From Elainellaceae cyanobacterium (GTDB lineage Bacteria; Cyanobacteriota; Cyanobacteriia; Elainellales; Elainellaceae), in NCBI GenBank assembly GCA_044356135.1, contig JBIKWV010000001.1:1-25987 (forward strand): DNA of 25,987 nucleotides. The letters run 5' to 3'. Numbering within the stretch: the stretch's first letter is position 1; the number at the start of each line of letters is the position of its first letter. The notes beneath the pieces were generated by a model. That model made no database searches, had not been told where the DNA came from, and worked only from the letters and a program-made list of their open reading frames with translations. The position numbers and the translations under genes are program-made. Shown here piece after piece: positions 15,990 through 24,388 of the stretch.

Positions 15990-18211
15990 TCAGCTTTAGT
16001 AGGTGAATTGCCGCGCAGCACCCACCGAAGCGTGATACCATCACCGAAGGTTTTGCCGCATCCGGCTTGTGCTAATTCGCGGAACAGATTGCGAATTGAT
16101 GCCGTGTCGATGTCCTCGGTGCGGAGGATATATTGCTTCACTTCGCTGGCCGATAACTCCCTCCCCCACCAGTTTTTGCTCTGGTAATACTCCAGAATCT
16201 TTTGGGCGAGGGCCGACAGCTTTGGGGCTGGTGCAGGTGCCGACGGAGTTTCGGGCGATCGCTCCTGGGTGGGTGCGCTGCCATCCCGGTGCATCCGCCA
16301 GTAGTTGCCCTCATGTGAAAACTGCCCAATCCTCAGCACACTGCCCAGGTCTTCCAGAAACATCTGGAAGTTGAGCTTATCGGGAATCTGACCCCATCCC
16401 TGCCGCAGTGCGTCCACCTTTGCCCACCCTTGCAGGCCAGCATTGCCAGCCTGCGATCGCGTCAGCCACTGCAAGAACTCGAAGGCATTTGGCACCTTCG
16501 CGCAATACTCTTGAAATCGTCTCAGCCTAGCAACTGGGTCATCTTGTACAGGCGGCTCTGGTGCAGACGGTTCAGGCGGGGGCGGCTGCATCCCTGCCGG
16601 GTTGCCAGCAGCATCCAGCATCGGAATCTTCACGCAAAACCAGCGGGTACGCCAGTAAGCGATCGCCGGGTAAGCCTTCCCAGCCTGAATATCAGCGTCG
16701 GTCTTCAGCAGCTCAACGATGGCTTTGCGCAGATGCTCCTGGTCCTTCGCGCCCAACTTGAGCATCTTTTCATCAGCGAACGCCTTCTGAATGCCACCGA
16801 TGCCGGGGAACAGGATGAGCATCCCATCCCGGCGATCGGCACTCATGCCAAGCATTTTTGCCACCAGGTCAACGGAGACGATGCACAGTCGAGCGTTAGC
16901 CTTCCGGGTCAGCGACCCGAACATATTGATCCAGGTGTCCAGGAGTTTGGCCTGCTTCTGTCCCTGGCCGAGGATGGCAGGGATTGTAAAACTGGCTTCT
17001 TCCAGCACCCGAAACAGGCCGGGGAAGACAGCCTGCCCTGCACGGTACTGGCTCTGGCGAGACTCCGGCCCCTCCCCTGTGATCGCCTCAATATCAGCGG
17101 CCATCTGTTCAGACATTTCGCCATAGGTCGGGACAATTTTGTAACCGTCCCACTCTTCAGGTCTACCGTAGCTGTCCAGCACGACACCATCAGCAGGGGC
17201 ATTGCCATCGAACAGAACGTACCGTGCAAGATATTTGACGAGGCGGCTCTTGCCGCCACCCTGGTCGGCGATGCACCCAAAAATGGGGAACTGATCAATG
17301 TCCTTGAGTTGTAATAGGTCAAACCATTCCACAGCAGTCTGGGCGGTGCCCAGGTTCTCCAGCGCAGACACCAGATCATTCACCATGTCCTGGGGCGAGA
17401 AGCTGACCCCAGGCTGCGGCTGCGGAATATGCGTAGGTGGTGCAGGTATTTCATTGCCGAAGAACCTGCCGCCCTGCAATCCCCCGCCAGGGATCTGAGG
17501 TAGCCAGCCAGTGCCCGGAAGCGCAGGTTCTACCCGGCCCTCAATGGTGGCATAAGCCGGAGGCTGGGAATACCGTGGCTCATCCCGCCGCACATGGTTG
17601 CGCACCTGCTCCATCGTCGGCAACTCATGAGACTTTCGGACATGGTTGACGATGAAGATGTATGCCTGCTCCCGTCGTTCCCACTGGATATCCAGCAGCA
17701 TGGCCAGCAGGCTTTCATCTTCAAATGCCAGCAGGGTGTATTCTGCCTCCAGTTCCGCTTCCAGGTAGCGAGCCAGACGACTGATGACCGATTCATCCTC
17801 AATCTGAACGGCATCCTCTTCACCGTGCAGCTTCGCGCCGACAGCCTGAAGGCGACGGCCAGCATCACCCCTGAAGAAGGGAATGGCGGACCACCGATTA
17901 GTGATCTGTTTATCGATGACGGTGGCCGCAGCCCAGACGGATATGCCACCGAGAACACCAATGAGAGCCATCGGGCCAGCGAACGCTGACAGAGCGACTG
18001 AGAATGCAGAGACACCCAGACCGGAGGCTTTGGTGCTATCGCACCCTCCCCGAATGGAGAGGGCACGATGCTCCAGCATCTGTCGCCGGAACGCGATCGC
18101 CTGCGCTGGGTCATCCTCCAGCAACTCCAGGAAAGTATCCTTCCAGTTCTCGTCAGGTGTCATTTGAATCGGGGGCGGATCTTGAATAGTGGGGATGGTA
18201 TTGATGCTCAT
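15983..18211 (-). CDS. Membrane-anchored FtsK/HerA-like P-loop ATPase with C-terminal winged-helix-like domains
   Basis: Two adjacent N-terminal hydrophobic segments; Pro-rich linkers; Walker A ADQGGGKS; Walker B-like FRVLEE; LTRKANARLCIVS; helical C-terminal domain LSALAQKILEYY...LSASEVKQ...IRNLFRELAQAGCG. Confidence 0.7.
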   Translation of the reverse strand: MSINTIPTIQDPPPIQMTPDENWKDTFLELLEDDPAQAIAFRRQMLEHRALSIRGGCDSTKASGLGVSAFSVALSAFAGPMALIGVLGGISVWAAATVIDKQITNRWSAIPFFRGDAGRRLQAVGAKLHGEEDAVQIEDESVISRLARYLEAELEAEYTLLAFEDESLLAMLLDIQWERREQAYIFIVNHVRKSHELPTMEQVRNHVRRDEPRYSQPPAYATIEGRVEPALPGTGWLPQIPGGGLQGGRFFGNEIPAPPTHIPQPQPGVSFSPQDMVNDLVSALENLGTAQTAVEWFDLLQLKDIDQFPIFGCIADQGGGKSRLVKYLARYVLFDGNAPADGVVLDSYGRPEEWDGYKIVPTYGEMSEQMAADIEAITGEGPESRQSQYRAGQAVFPGLFRVLEEASFTIPAILGQGQKQAKLLDTWINMFGSLTRKANARLCIVSVDLVAKMLGMSADRRDGMLILFPGIGGIQKAFADEKMLKLGAKDQEHLRKAIVELLKTDADIQAGKAYPAIAYWRTRWFCVKIPMLDAAGNPAGMQPPPPEPSAPEPPVQDDPVARLRRFQEYCAKVPNAFEFLQWLTRSQAGNAGLQGWAKVDALRQGWGQIPDKLNFQMFLEDLGSVLRIGQFSHEGNYWRMHRDGSAPTQERSPETPSAPAPAPKLSALAQKILEYYQSKNWWGRELSASEVKQYILRTEDIDTASIRNLFRELAQAGCGKTFGDGITLRWVLRGNSPTKAEW

Positions 18212-18243
18212 CGCTTTGCCCTGATGGTTCTGATGGTGCTGTT

Positions 18244-20448
18244 TTAGTCAAGCGTGGGAGCCTTGACGCCCGACTTTCGGAAGAGATGCGGTAGGGTGAT
18301 GCGGAATCCGGGATAGCTGCGGCCCATCCACACCCCAAAGGCTTCCGCGCCTGCAACGGAGGCACAGAACCAGAGGAAGTGCAGCATCGTAGAGTTGGCC
18401 GCAGGTGTGCCCATAAATGCCGCTCCACCTACCTGATCCAGCCAGGGATATTGGTTGTGGGCGGCAACTGCATCAATCGCCCAGAACAGTGCGGTAAACG
18501 CCAAGATTTTTATGTGGCGTCCCCAACCGTGGTTGGCGATCGCTTTGGCGTAGTGCTTCGCCATGTAGGTGGCACCAGGCTTGGGATTTGGCGTCTCAAA
18601 CTTCTCCGCTTCCTTGTAGCGGATTTGTTTCTCGCTCATGGTCATTGTGTTGAGTGAAGCGATTTCGACTGCCTGGACAGAAAAGGCAACGAATGCCATC
18701 ACCAGGGCATTTGGATTGAACAGTAGCGCACCCAGCATCACCAGGTTGGCCCCGTCATCAATGCCCGGTTTGGGCATGAATTTGAAAGTGGCCATTGATG
18801 GGACTGCGGTGACATAGTTCTCAATTGCCAAACCCAGGCAATACAGAAAACCTGCTCCCAGGTAAATCGTGTTGTAGGGGGGTTTGAAGCTCATCCAGAT
18901 GATCTGGCAGATTGTGCCCACCCAGAATGCCAGCTTTCCAAACAGCTCCACGGGCCGGGACTGATCCGGTGGCTGATACCTGGGAGGGGTGGCACTCTCG
19001 CGTTCCCTCCTGCGTTTTTCGGTGGCCTTCAGCCGACGATGGGTGCGATCGTCTGAAGGATTGCGACCATTGTTCTCGGTTTGATTGGTTGAGTTGGAGC
19101 CATTCACGGTTTCCCTTTTACCAACACCTTTGCCGTTGTAGATTGCCATTGTTCCGTAAAACTCCCTAACGTTATTGACAACTTGTTCGTAGGTGCCCTT
19201 GAAAGACCGAGTGCCACCACCAGAGGTAAACAACCGGACGTGATACCCTTCCTCCGGCGTCCAATCCACCTCACCAGAGAAGTCTGGTGAGATCTTCTTC
19301 AGTCCATCGATCATTGAGTCGAGCAAAGTTTCTCGACTCAACTCCTGGGTTTCCGCCTGGTCGATCGCTGTCAGTACCTCTTCAGCGGTGGCATCGGTCA
19401 ACATCGGAATAGAGGCACCCACCCTGGTCACGGTGAACTTGCCGCTTGCCCCGTTGCCTGTCCAGTCAACAACCCACCGCTGAGTTGATTCATTCTGACC
19501 ATTGACCCTGGCCCACTGTTGAGATTTTTGCCTGACCTGATAACGCAGCTTCTCCAGTTCGGTTGGTGGACGTGTCCCATTGTTGTAGGTTGGATTGTTC
19601 GTGGCCTTTTCCTGCTCACGAACAAAATCCAAAACCTCATCAAAGGTTGAACTGACCAGATGGACACCCTTGAGGCCATCCTCGTCCAAGTTGTATAGGC
19701 TTCCATTCCCCCAGCCAGAATTGCGGACGACTCGATAAGGGCGTTTTGAGATCTGAGCGATCGCCTGCCGCAGATGGTCCAGGTCATCACCCGCTCCAAC
19801 GCCTGGTGAATCGGCTCGCGCAGCAGTTGCAACGCTGGGCGTTGCAGCGCCGGATAGGCGCTCAATGATTTCGATGGTGTGTTCGTGGATAGCAACAGTG
19901 CGATCGCCCCAGAAGCTATGGCCTAGTAAACCAAAGCCATCATTACCTTCAGGCAGAAGGTTGACTTCCACATTCCAAACTGTAAGACAACCAACAGATA
20001 TTGATTCAAGCTCGAAGCGCTTACAGCGCACCAAACCGTTGGCGGTTTGCACATCAGTGAAGCCAACCTGCCGCTTCCGAACACCACCTATCTGCTCTCT
20101 GGTGAGCGCAACAGTGCTGCACCCGGTGTCCACTATCAGGAAGGCCGTATGGCGATCGCCCAGCACCACCTCAACAACCGGAATGTTGTTGCGCCGGAAC
20201 TCGATTGGTGTGCAGTAGCGCCGGGGGCGCTTCCCCATTCGCACCTGGATTTCAGCTTGTTCGTAAAAGCATTCTGAATTGCATTGATTACGAAAGGCAG
20301 GGATTCCTCCCTGGTAGTTCTGCTGCACGAACCACTCAATCTGCTGATCAGAAGAGTTTCTGATTTCCTCAGCAGTCTTATTCTGCCAGGGGAGACACTT
20401 TATGAGCCAGTCACGAGCGGCGAGTAATTGTGCATCACTTAGTTCCAT
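18244..20448 (-). CDS. Multidomain membrane protein with a retropepsin-like (clan AA) aspartic protease domain
   Basis: FLIVDTGCSTVAL...VQTANG...GLLGHSF; three internal repeats; multi-pass hydrophobic C-terminus. ATG 20448 with a GGAG RBS is preferred because the ORF-track extension overlaps the upstream gene. Confidence 0.8.
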   Translation of the reverse strand: MELSDAQLLAARDWLIKCLPWQNKTAEEIRNSSDQQIEWFVQQNYQGGIPAFRNQCNSECFYEQAEIQVRMGKRPRRYCTPIEFRRNNIPVVEVVLGDRHTAFLIVDTGCSTVALTREQIGGVRKRQVGFTDVQTANGLVRCKRFELESISVGCLTVWNVEVNLLPEGNDGFGLLGHSFWGDRTVAIHEHTIEIIERLSGAATPSVATAARADSPGVGAGDDLDHLRQAIAQISKRPYRVVRNSGWGNGSLYNLDEDGLKGVHLVSSTFDEVLDFVREQEKATNNPTYNNGTRPPTELEKLRYQVRQKSQQWARVNGQNESTQRWVVDWTGNGASGKFTVTRVGASIPMLTDATAEEVLTAIDQAETQELSRETLLDSMIDGLKKISPDFSGEVDWTPEEGYHVRLFTSGGGTRSFKGTYEQVVNNVREFYGTMAIYNGKGVGKRETVNGSNSTNQTENNGRNPSDDRTHRRLKATEKRRRERESATPPRYQPPDQSRPVELFGKLAFWVGTICQIIWMSFKPPYNTIYLGAGFLYCLGLAIENYVTAVPSMATFKFMPKPGIDDGANLVMLGALLFNPNALVMAFVAFSVQAVEIASLNTMTMSEKQIRYKEAEKFETPNPKPGATYMAKHYAKAIANHGWGRHIKILAFTALFWAIDAVAAHNQYPWLDQVGGAAFMGTPAANSTMLHFLWFCASVAGAEAFGVWMGRSYPGFRITLPHLFRKSGVKAPTLD

Positions 20449-20512
20449 CTGCAACACTCCATCATCTGTATAACGAAAGCGAACGCCAGACAAATAAGGC
20501 AGAAAACGACCC

Positions 20513-20962
20513 TCATCCGGGGTTCTCCGATTTGCATACGTTCGGGTCTGACCCGACCAGGTAAAACAACCCCTGATAAGCCTCCCCAACGCAGACGCCG
20601 CCCTGGTCGAAGATGCGGGTGCGCTGATTGGGATTGACTGTTGCCATGAAATCTCTGGGTGGCAAGTTTCCAGGACTGTACGTGTACCCCTGCAACACGA
20701 ACTGACTGGCCTCAACTACACCGTGCTCTTTGAATACATCAGATGTTGCGCGTTGCGTCATAGCCCAGGTCTGGTTGACGCTGGCGTTATAGGCCAGTTG
20801 ATCACGCTTGGCCGAAGCGATCATGTGCTGGCCATATTTGTACTGGATGGATGGCCATGCGGCCAAAACCACACTTGCCCCCAGTCCGAAGCTCACCCAC
20901 CGAAGGGTGCCAAGCTTCATAACTCGCTGCATGTTCGACTGCTGGTGCGAAATGTTTTGCAT
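20513..20962 (-). CDS. Hypothetical protein with N-terminal signal/TM anchor
   Basis: AGGAGG RBS before MQNISHQ; hydrophobic WVSFGLGASVVLAAW; C-terminal Cys pair. Confidence 0.75.
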   Translation of the reverse strand: MQNISHQQSNMQRVMKLGTLRWVSFGLGASVVLAAWPSIQYKYGQHMIASAKRDQLAYNASVNQTWAMTQRATSDVFKEHGVVEASQFVLQGYTYSPGNLPPRDFMATVNPNQRTRIFDQGGVCVGEAYQGLFYLVGSDPNVCKSENPG

Positions 20963-20985
20963 CCTGCTGTCCTCCTGAAAGGATA

Positions 20986-21180
20986 GAAAATTGATCAATT
21001 GAACAGAACCTGTGTGTTTTGGGCTTCTATTGGCCTTCAATTGATCAATTGATCAATATTGATCAATTCCTTCTATCGCCCACTGGGTGGGGATTGAAGC
21101 TTTCAATTGAAAAAATAGAAGAAAATTGAAGCCCGAAAAAATAGAAGCCTTCAATTGAAGGAATAGAAGGCTTCTATTGA
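20986..21180. repeat. AT-rich array of interleaved short palindromes
   Basis: ATTGATCAAT x4, TTCAATTGA x3, multiple ATAGAAG/CTTCTAT; 13-bp inverted repeat at 21140-21152/21166-21178. Confidence 0.85.
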
Positions 21181-21635
21181 TCCGAAGCCCCCCGCAGTTG
21201 AGCTACGTCCTGGTTGAATTGCTGGAACACACCACGGACTGCGTGGAGATCCATGTAGAGGTGCAACCGCTCCAAAAACGCCTGGAGGCGTGGCAACTCT
21301 TCCTCAGTGGGAGTCGTCAAAATGCGCTGCACCGTTGCCGCTACCTGCTGCGGTAACGCCTGCTCAATCACCTGCCAAGCGATCGCATCGCTGAGGCTAT
21401 TGAGGTTCAGTCCTGGTGTTGCAACACCCTCCAGCGCTGGAGCTGGTGCTTCGAGCTTGAGGATCTGGCGCAACAGCTCAACGCCTGCGTCTGTCCAGAG
21501 CGTCTCCTGGCCGTCCTTAATGAAATGCACTCGTGATTGGAATTGATCGCCCTTGCGCGACTTGGTGCTGCGAATCGTTGAGGACTGGACGCCCAGGAGG
21601 TCAGCGACTTGTGGGGTCGAATATACTTGGTTCAT
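21174..21635 (-). CDS. ORF6N/antirepressor-like DNA-binding protein, paralog 2
   Basis: YSTPQVADLLGV..TIR..KSR...F....HF.K....LWTDAG; aligns over full length with 22015..22464; alternative GTG start at 21695. Confidence 0.7.
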   Translation of the reverse strand: MNQVYSTPQVADLLGVQSSTIRSTKSRKGDQFQSRVHFIKDGQETLWTDAGVELLRQILKLEAPAPALEGVATPGLNLNSLSDAIAWQVIEQALPQQVAATVQRILTTPTEEELPRLQAFLERLHLYMDLHAVRGVFQQFNQDVAQLRGASDQ

Positions 21636-21697
21636 TGGTTCTTTTTGTAGAGGGACTAATGCAGGCCCGTTGCGGGGGTGGGTGAAAAAGCTCACAA

Positions 21698-22018
21698 TTA
21701 CTCCTCCTGCACCAGAAACTGAATCAGGCCAACGGCGTCACCGACCTGAATGCCATCCAGCATTTCCAGGACATCCGGCATCTCATCACTGGTTCGATCT
21801 GCGTTCTCAGGAATTGCCTGCTCCGCAGCGTCCTGAATGCTGGTGCTGAGTTTGGCAAAGTGCCGATAAACGAAGGCTGCGAGCACCAACAAGAGCGCGG
21901 CCTGGTCGCAACCCTGCATCCCATCAGGAGAGCCGTCGCCATAGCGTTCAACAAGCTTTTTGGCCTGCGGGCACGTTGTGAACTCGGAAACCGGAAAGAG
22001 GTTGGTTGTGGTGCTCAT
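21698..22018 (-). CDS. Hypothetical protein
   Basis: 106-aa ORF overlapping the upstream stop (ATGA) and abutting the next gene. Confidence 0.7.
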   Translation of the reverse strand: MSTTTNLFPVSEFTTCPQAKKLVERYGDGSPDGMQGCDQAALLLVLAAFVYRHFAKLSTSIQDAAEQAIPENADRTSDEMPDVLEMLDGIQVGDAVGLIQFLVQEE

Positions 22019-22464
22019 GCCGCTCCCTCCAACCGCTTCACGTCGCTCTGTACAGCCTGAAATGCCCGCTCTACAGTCGTTAGGTCAAGCAGCAGCCCAA
22101 CCTGCTCAAGAATGTGCTTCAGGCGCTGCAAGTCTTCCGCATTCGGATGTTGGAGGATTTGGTAAGCCCTGTTTTTGATTTGCGCTGGGAGCTGCTGCTC
22201 CAGGTACGCCCAGGCCAGTTCATCCACTGCTGAAACCAGGACGGGGGCGATCGGGCTGCCGACTACTGGAAATGGTGCTTCCTTGCCGAGTGTCTCTGCC
22301 AGCAGTTCTACACCCGCCTGGGTCCAAAGTGTTTCATTGCCTCGTTTAACAAAATGCTCACCCTCTGAAAACTTGGCAGAATCTCTGCTTTTTCGGGTGC
22401 GAATCGTGTCTGGAGAAACGCTCAAAAGCTCTGCTACCTGAGCAGTTGCGAATACTTGAGCCAT
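22015..22464 (-). CDS. ORF6N/antirepressor-like DNA-binding protein, paralog 1
   Basis: FATAQVAELLSVSPDTIRTRKSRDSAKFSEGEHFVK...LWTQAG resembles the ORF6N pattern (F.EG.HYF...LWTE.G). Confidence 0.72.
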   Translation of the reverse strand: MAQVFATAQVAELLSVSPDTIRTRKSRDSAKFSEGEHFVKRGNETLWTQAGVELLAETLGKEAPFPVVGSPIAPVLVSAVDELAWAYLEQQLPAQIKNRAYQILQHPNAEDLQRLKHILEQVGLLLDLTTVERAFQAVQSDVKRLEGAA

Positions 22465-22547
22465 TATGAGTAAAGCTCCTTACGTAATGGTGGGAGTGAA
22501 CGGGGGCGATCGCTGAGCTGTCCAGGCGTGGGCGATCGCTCCCCCAA

Positions 22548-22835
22548 CTAATGAATCTCGGCTTCGATGTTCAGTGACTGAACACTGTCGCTGGCGAGAG
22601 TAGTTTCAAATCCGCTAATCCAGTCGGTGACGAACTGGCGGTTCTCATCGGTGATGCTCTGCACGTCTGGCGGTAGCAAGTCGGCAGCACTGGCGATGCG
22701 CCAGAGGCAATCATCCTTCTGCTCAGAGCTGCCAGCGGCGTGATAGCGCTGGATTTGCTTGGTGATGTAGTCGTGAGTAGTGGCGCTCATTTGCGAAGTT
22801 GATTCAGTGTTGTAGAGCCATTGGAGGGCGTTCAT
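22548..22835 (-). CDS. Hypothetical protein
   Basis: 95-aa ORF in the cluster with a CAGGAG RBS. Confidence 0.7.
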   Translation of the reverse strand: MNALQWLYNTESTSQMSATTHDYITKQIQRYHAAGSSEQKDDCLWRIASAADLLPPDVQSITDENRQFVTDWISGFETTLASDSVQSLNIEAEIH

Positions 22836-22907
22836 TTTTGGGATTCTCCTGAATGTTTGATAGGTATCGAAAAAGCCCGATCGCAGCTCGAAAAAAGCAG
22901 GGGTGGC

Positions 22908-23159
22908 TCAAATGCCTTCAATGGGATCGGAAAAACTAAAGTTTGGAACCTGCTGTTCAACAGGCGCGGTGAAAGATTGAGCAGTATTGGAATCCGAGCA
23001 CTTCATCGGCTCCAGCTCCCAGGTTTCAAGCAGATGGCGTCCGTAGCGAGAAATCATCAGCGCGATCGCCGCCGATGGACTATTAGCGCGAGTTTTTGCT
23101 TGAATCTGGTCCACGATCTGCCGGATGGCTGGGTCAAGAACGATGCGCGTTTGGCTCAT
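22908..23159 (-). CDS. Putative ParR-like/RHH adaptor protein
   Basis: Coupled to parM by ATGA overlap; TRIVLDPAIRQIVDQIQAKTRANSPSAAIALMI fits a strand-helix-helix pattern. Confidence 0.65.
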   Translation of the reverse strand: MSQTRIVLDPAIRQIVDQIQAKTRANSPSAAIALMISRYGRHLLETWELEPMKCSDSNTAQSFTAPVEQQVPNFSFSDPIEGI

Positions 23160-24157
23160 AGGGCAGTCATCCCCACAATGCTGATGGACTGAGGGTTAGG
23201 GGCAATTTTGAAACGTCCTTTTGTGGCCTCCTGCAATGGCGCTGCAACTGGAGCGGAGCCGCCGATAATCAGCACTTCACCCAGGCTGGAAAGCCACTGC
23301 CCCCAGCGGGTTTTGATGGCCCCGCGTATCTCTGCCAGCCATTCGTCACGGGCAATTTCAAACGCGGCGCGGAAGCAGTAACCCGTCGTCCCCAGTGCGA
23401 AGTCCCCCGTCTCAATGCCGTCCATAATCAGCGTCAGATTGGGGCTGGTTGGGAGATCGCGCGTAATGCGGGCAGCAATCCGGCGGGCCAGGTCATAGGT
23501 TCCAGGCAGAATCAAATCAGCCTCGCGCATTAATGAACCACTGGTGGAATAGAGCCGCAGAATGCTGGTCCCGCCTCCCAGATCCAGCACCCCGTTTGGA
23601 TTCTTGCGGCTGAGAAACAGCCCGGAACACATTGCAAATCGGTACGCCGCCTTCGTTTCATCAACTGCTTCAACCGATCGCACCGATGCAACGATGGACT
23701 TTCCATTGCGACGGAATTCAAAAGTACCAGCGATCGCCTGCAATGCCGCAACATCAGCTTCATTCCGGCTATTGGACAGTGCAATCAGCAACCTCTCAAC
23801 CCGGAGAACGTTCTGGCCTGGATTGGGCTGTAATGCTGCCAGCACCAGGCGCTGGGCGAGCTTCACTTTGTCATCCTGAAATACGGGCACTCCATTCAGG
23901 TCTTTTGCAGCCTGCCCAATGACGAACGTCTTTCCCTCAAACTCAATCACCACAGACTTTTCATCGGGCGAAACATCTTCCCAAGTGGGGTCAATGTCTT
24001 TGATGAAGCTGGGAATCGTGTGAACGCCTCCAGTCGGGTTTATCCACTGGATCGTGCGGTTGCCGCCATCAAAGCAAACGGTGGGGCGAATCAGGGCGGT
24101 ATCCCTAGCGCGTTCGCTATCTGTTCGTATTGCGGATTTCTGTAGGCTTGCGGTCAT
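23156..24157 (-). CDS. parM: ParM/StbA family actin-like ATPase
   Basis: Phosphate-1 VCFDGGNRTI; FVIGQAA; connect VDETKAA; phosphate-2 VLDLGGGTS; adenosine VLIIGGSA. Confidence 0.9.
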   Translation of the reverse strand: MTASLQKSAIRTDSERARDTALIRPTVCFDGGNRTIQWINPTGGVHTIPSFIKDIDPTWEDVSPDEKSVVIEFEGKTFVIGQAAKDLNGVPVFQDDKVKLAQRLVLAALQPNPGQNVLRVERLLIALSNSRNEADVAALQAIAGTFEFRRNGKSIVASVRSVEAVDETKAAYRFAMCSGLFLSRKNPNGVLDLGGGTSILRLYSTSGSLMREADLILPGTYDLARRIAARITRDLPTSPNLTLIMDGIETGDFALGTTGYCFRAAFEIARDEWLAEIRGAIKTRWGQWLSSLGEVLIIGGSAPVAAPLQEATKGRFKIAPNPQSISIVGMTAL

Positions 24158-24388
24158 TTTGGGTCTGAGCCTCCTGAAAGTTGTTCAAATGCTTGTCCTG
24201 TAAAGGCTTGGCAGGAATAAGGGGCGAACTGAGCGCTACTGGAGCGCGATCGCCAGATGTTCGTTGGGGTTTCCCTCCCTGTACGTCGCTCGAACACATG
24301 CTAACATACTAAGAGCATCTGAAAAGCATCTTAAAAGATGCAAAACGCAGTTTCACGGCAGAACCAAGTATGCTGAGGTATCAGAATC

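Noticed and set aside
16430-17314. 294-aa plus-strand ORF and other long antisense ORFs (e.g. 377..919, 1222..1740, 10554..11036, 12473..12811)
   Set aside because: Antisense shadows of well-supported genes, with no motifs or RBS.
20449-20715. N-terminal 89 aa of the 823-aa ORF
   Set aside because: Overlaps the 3' end of the upstream gene in another frame and looks non-protein-like; ATG 20448 has an RBS.
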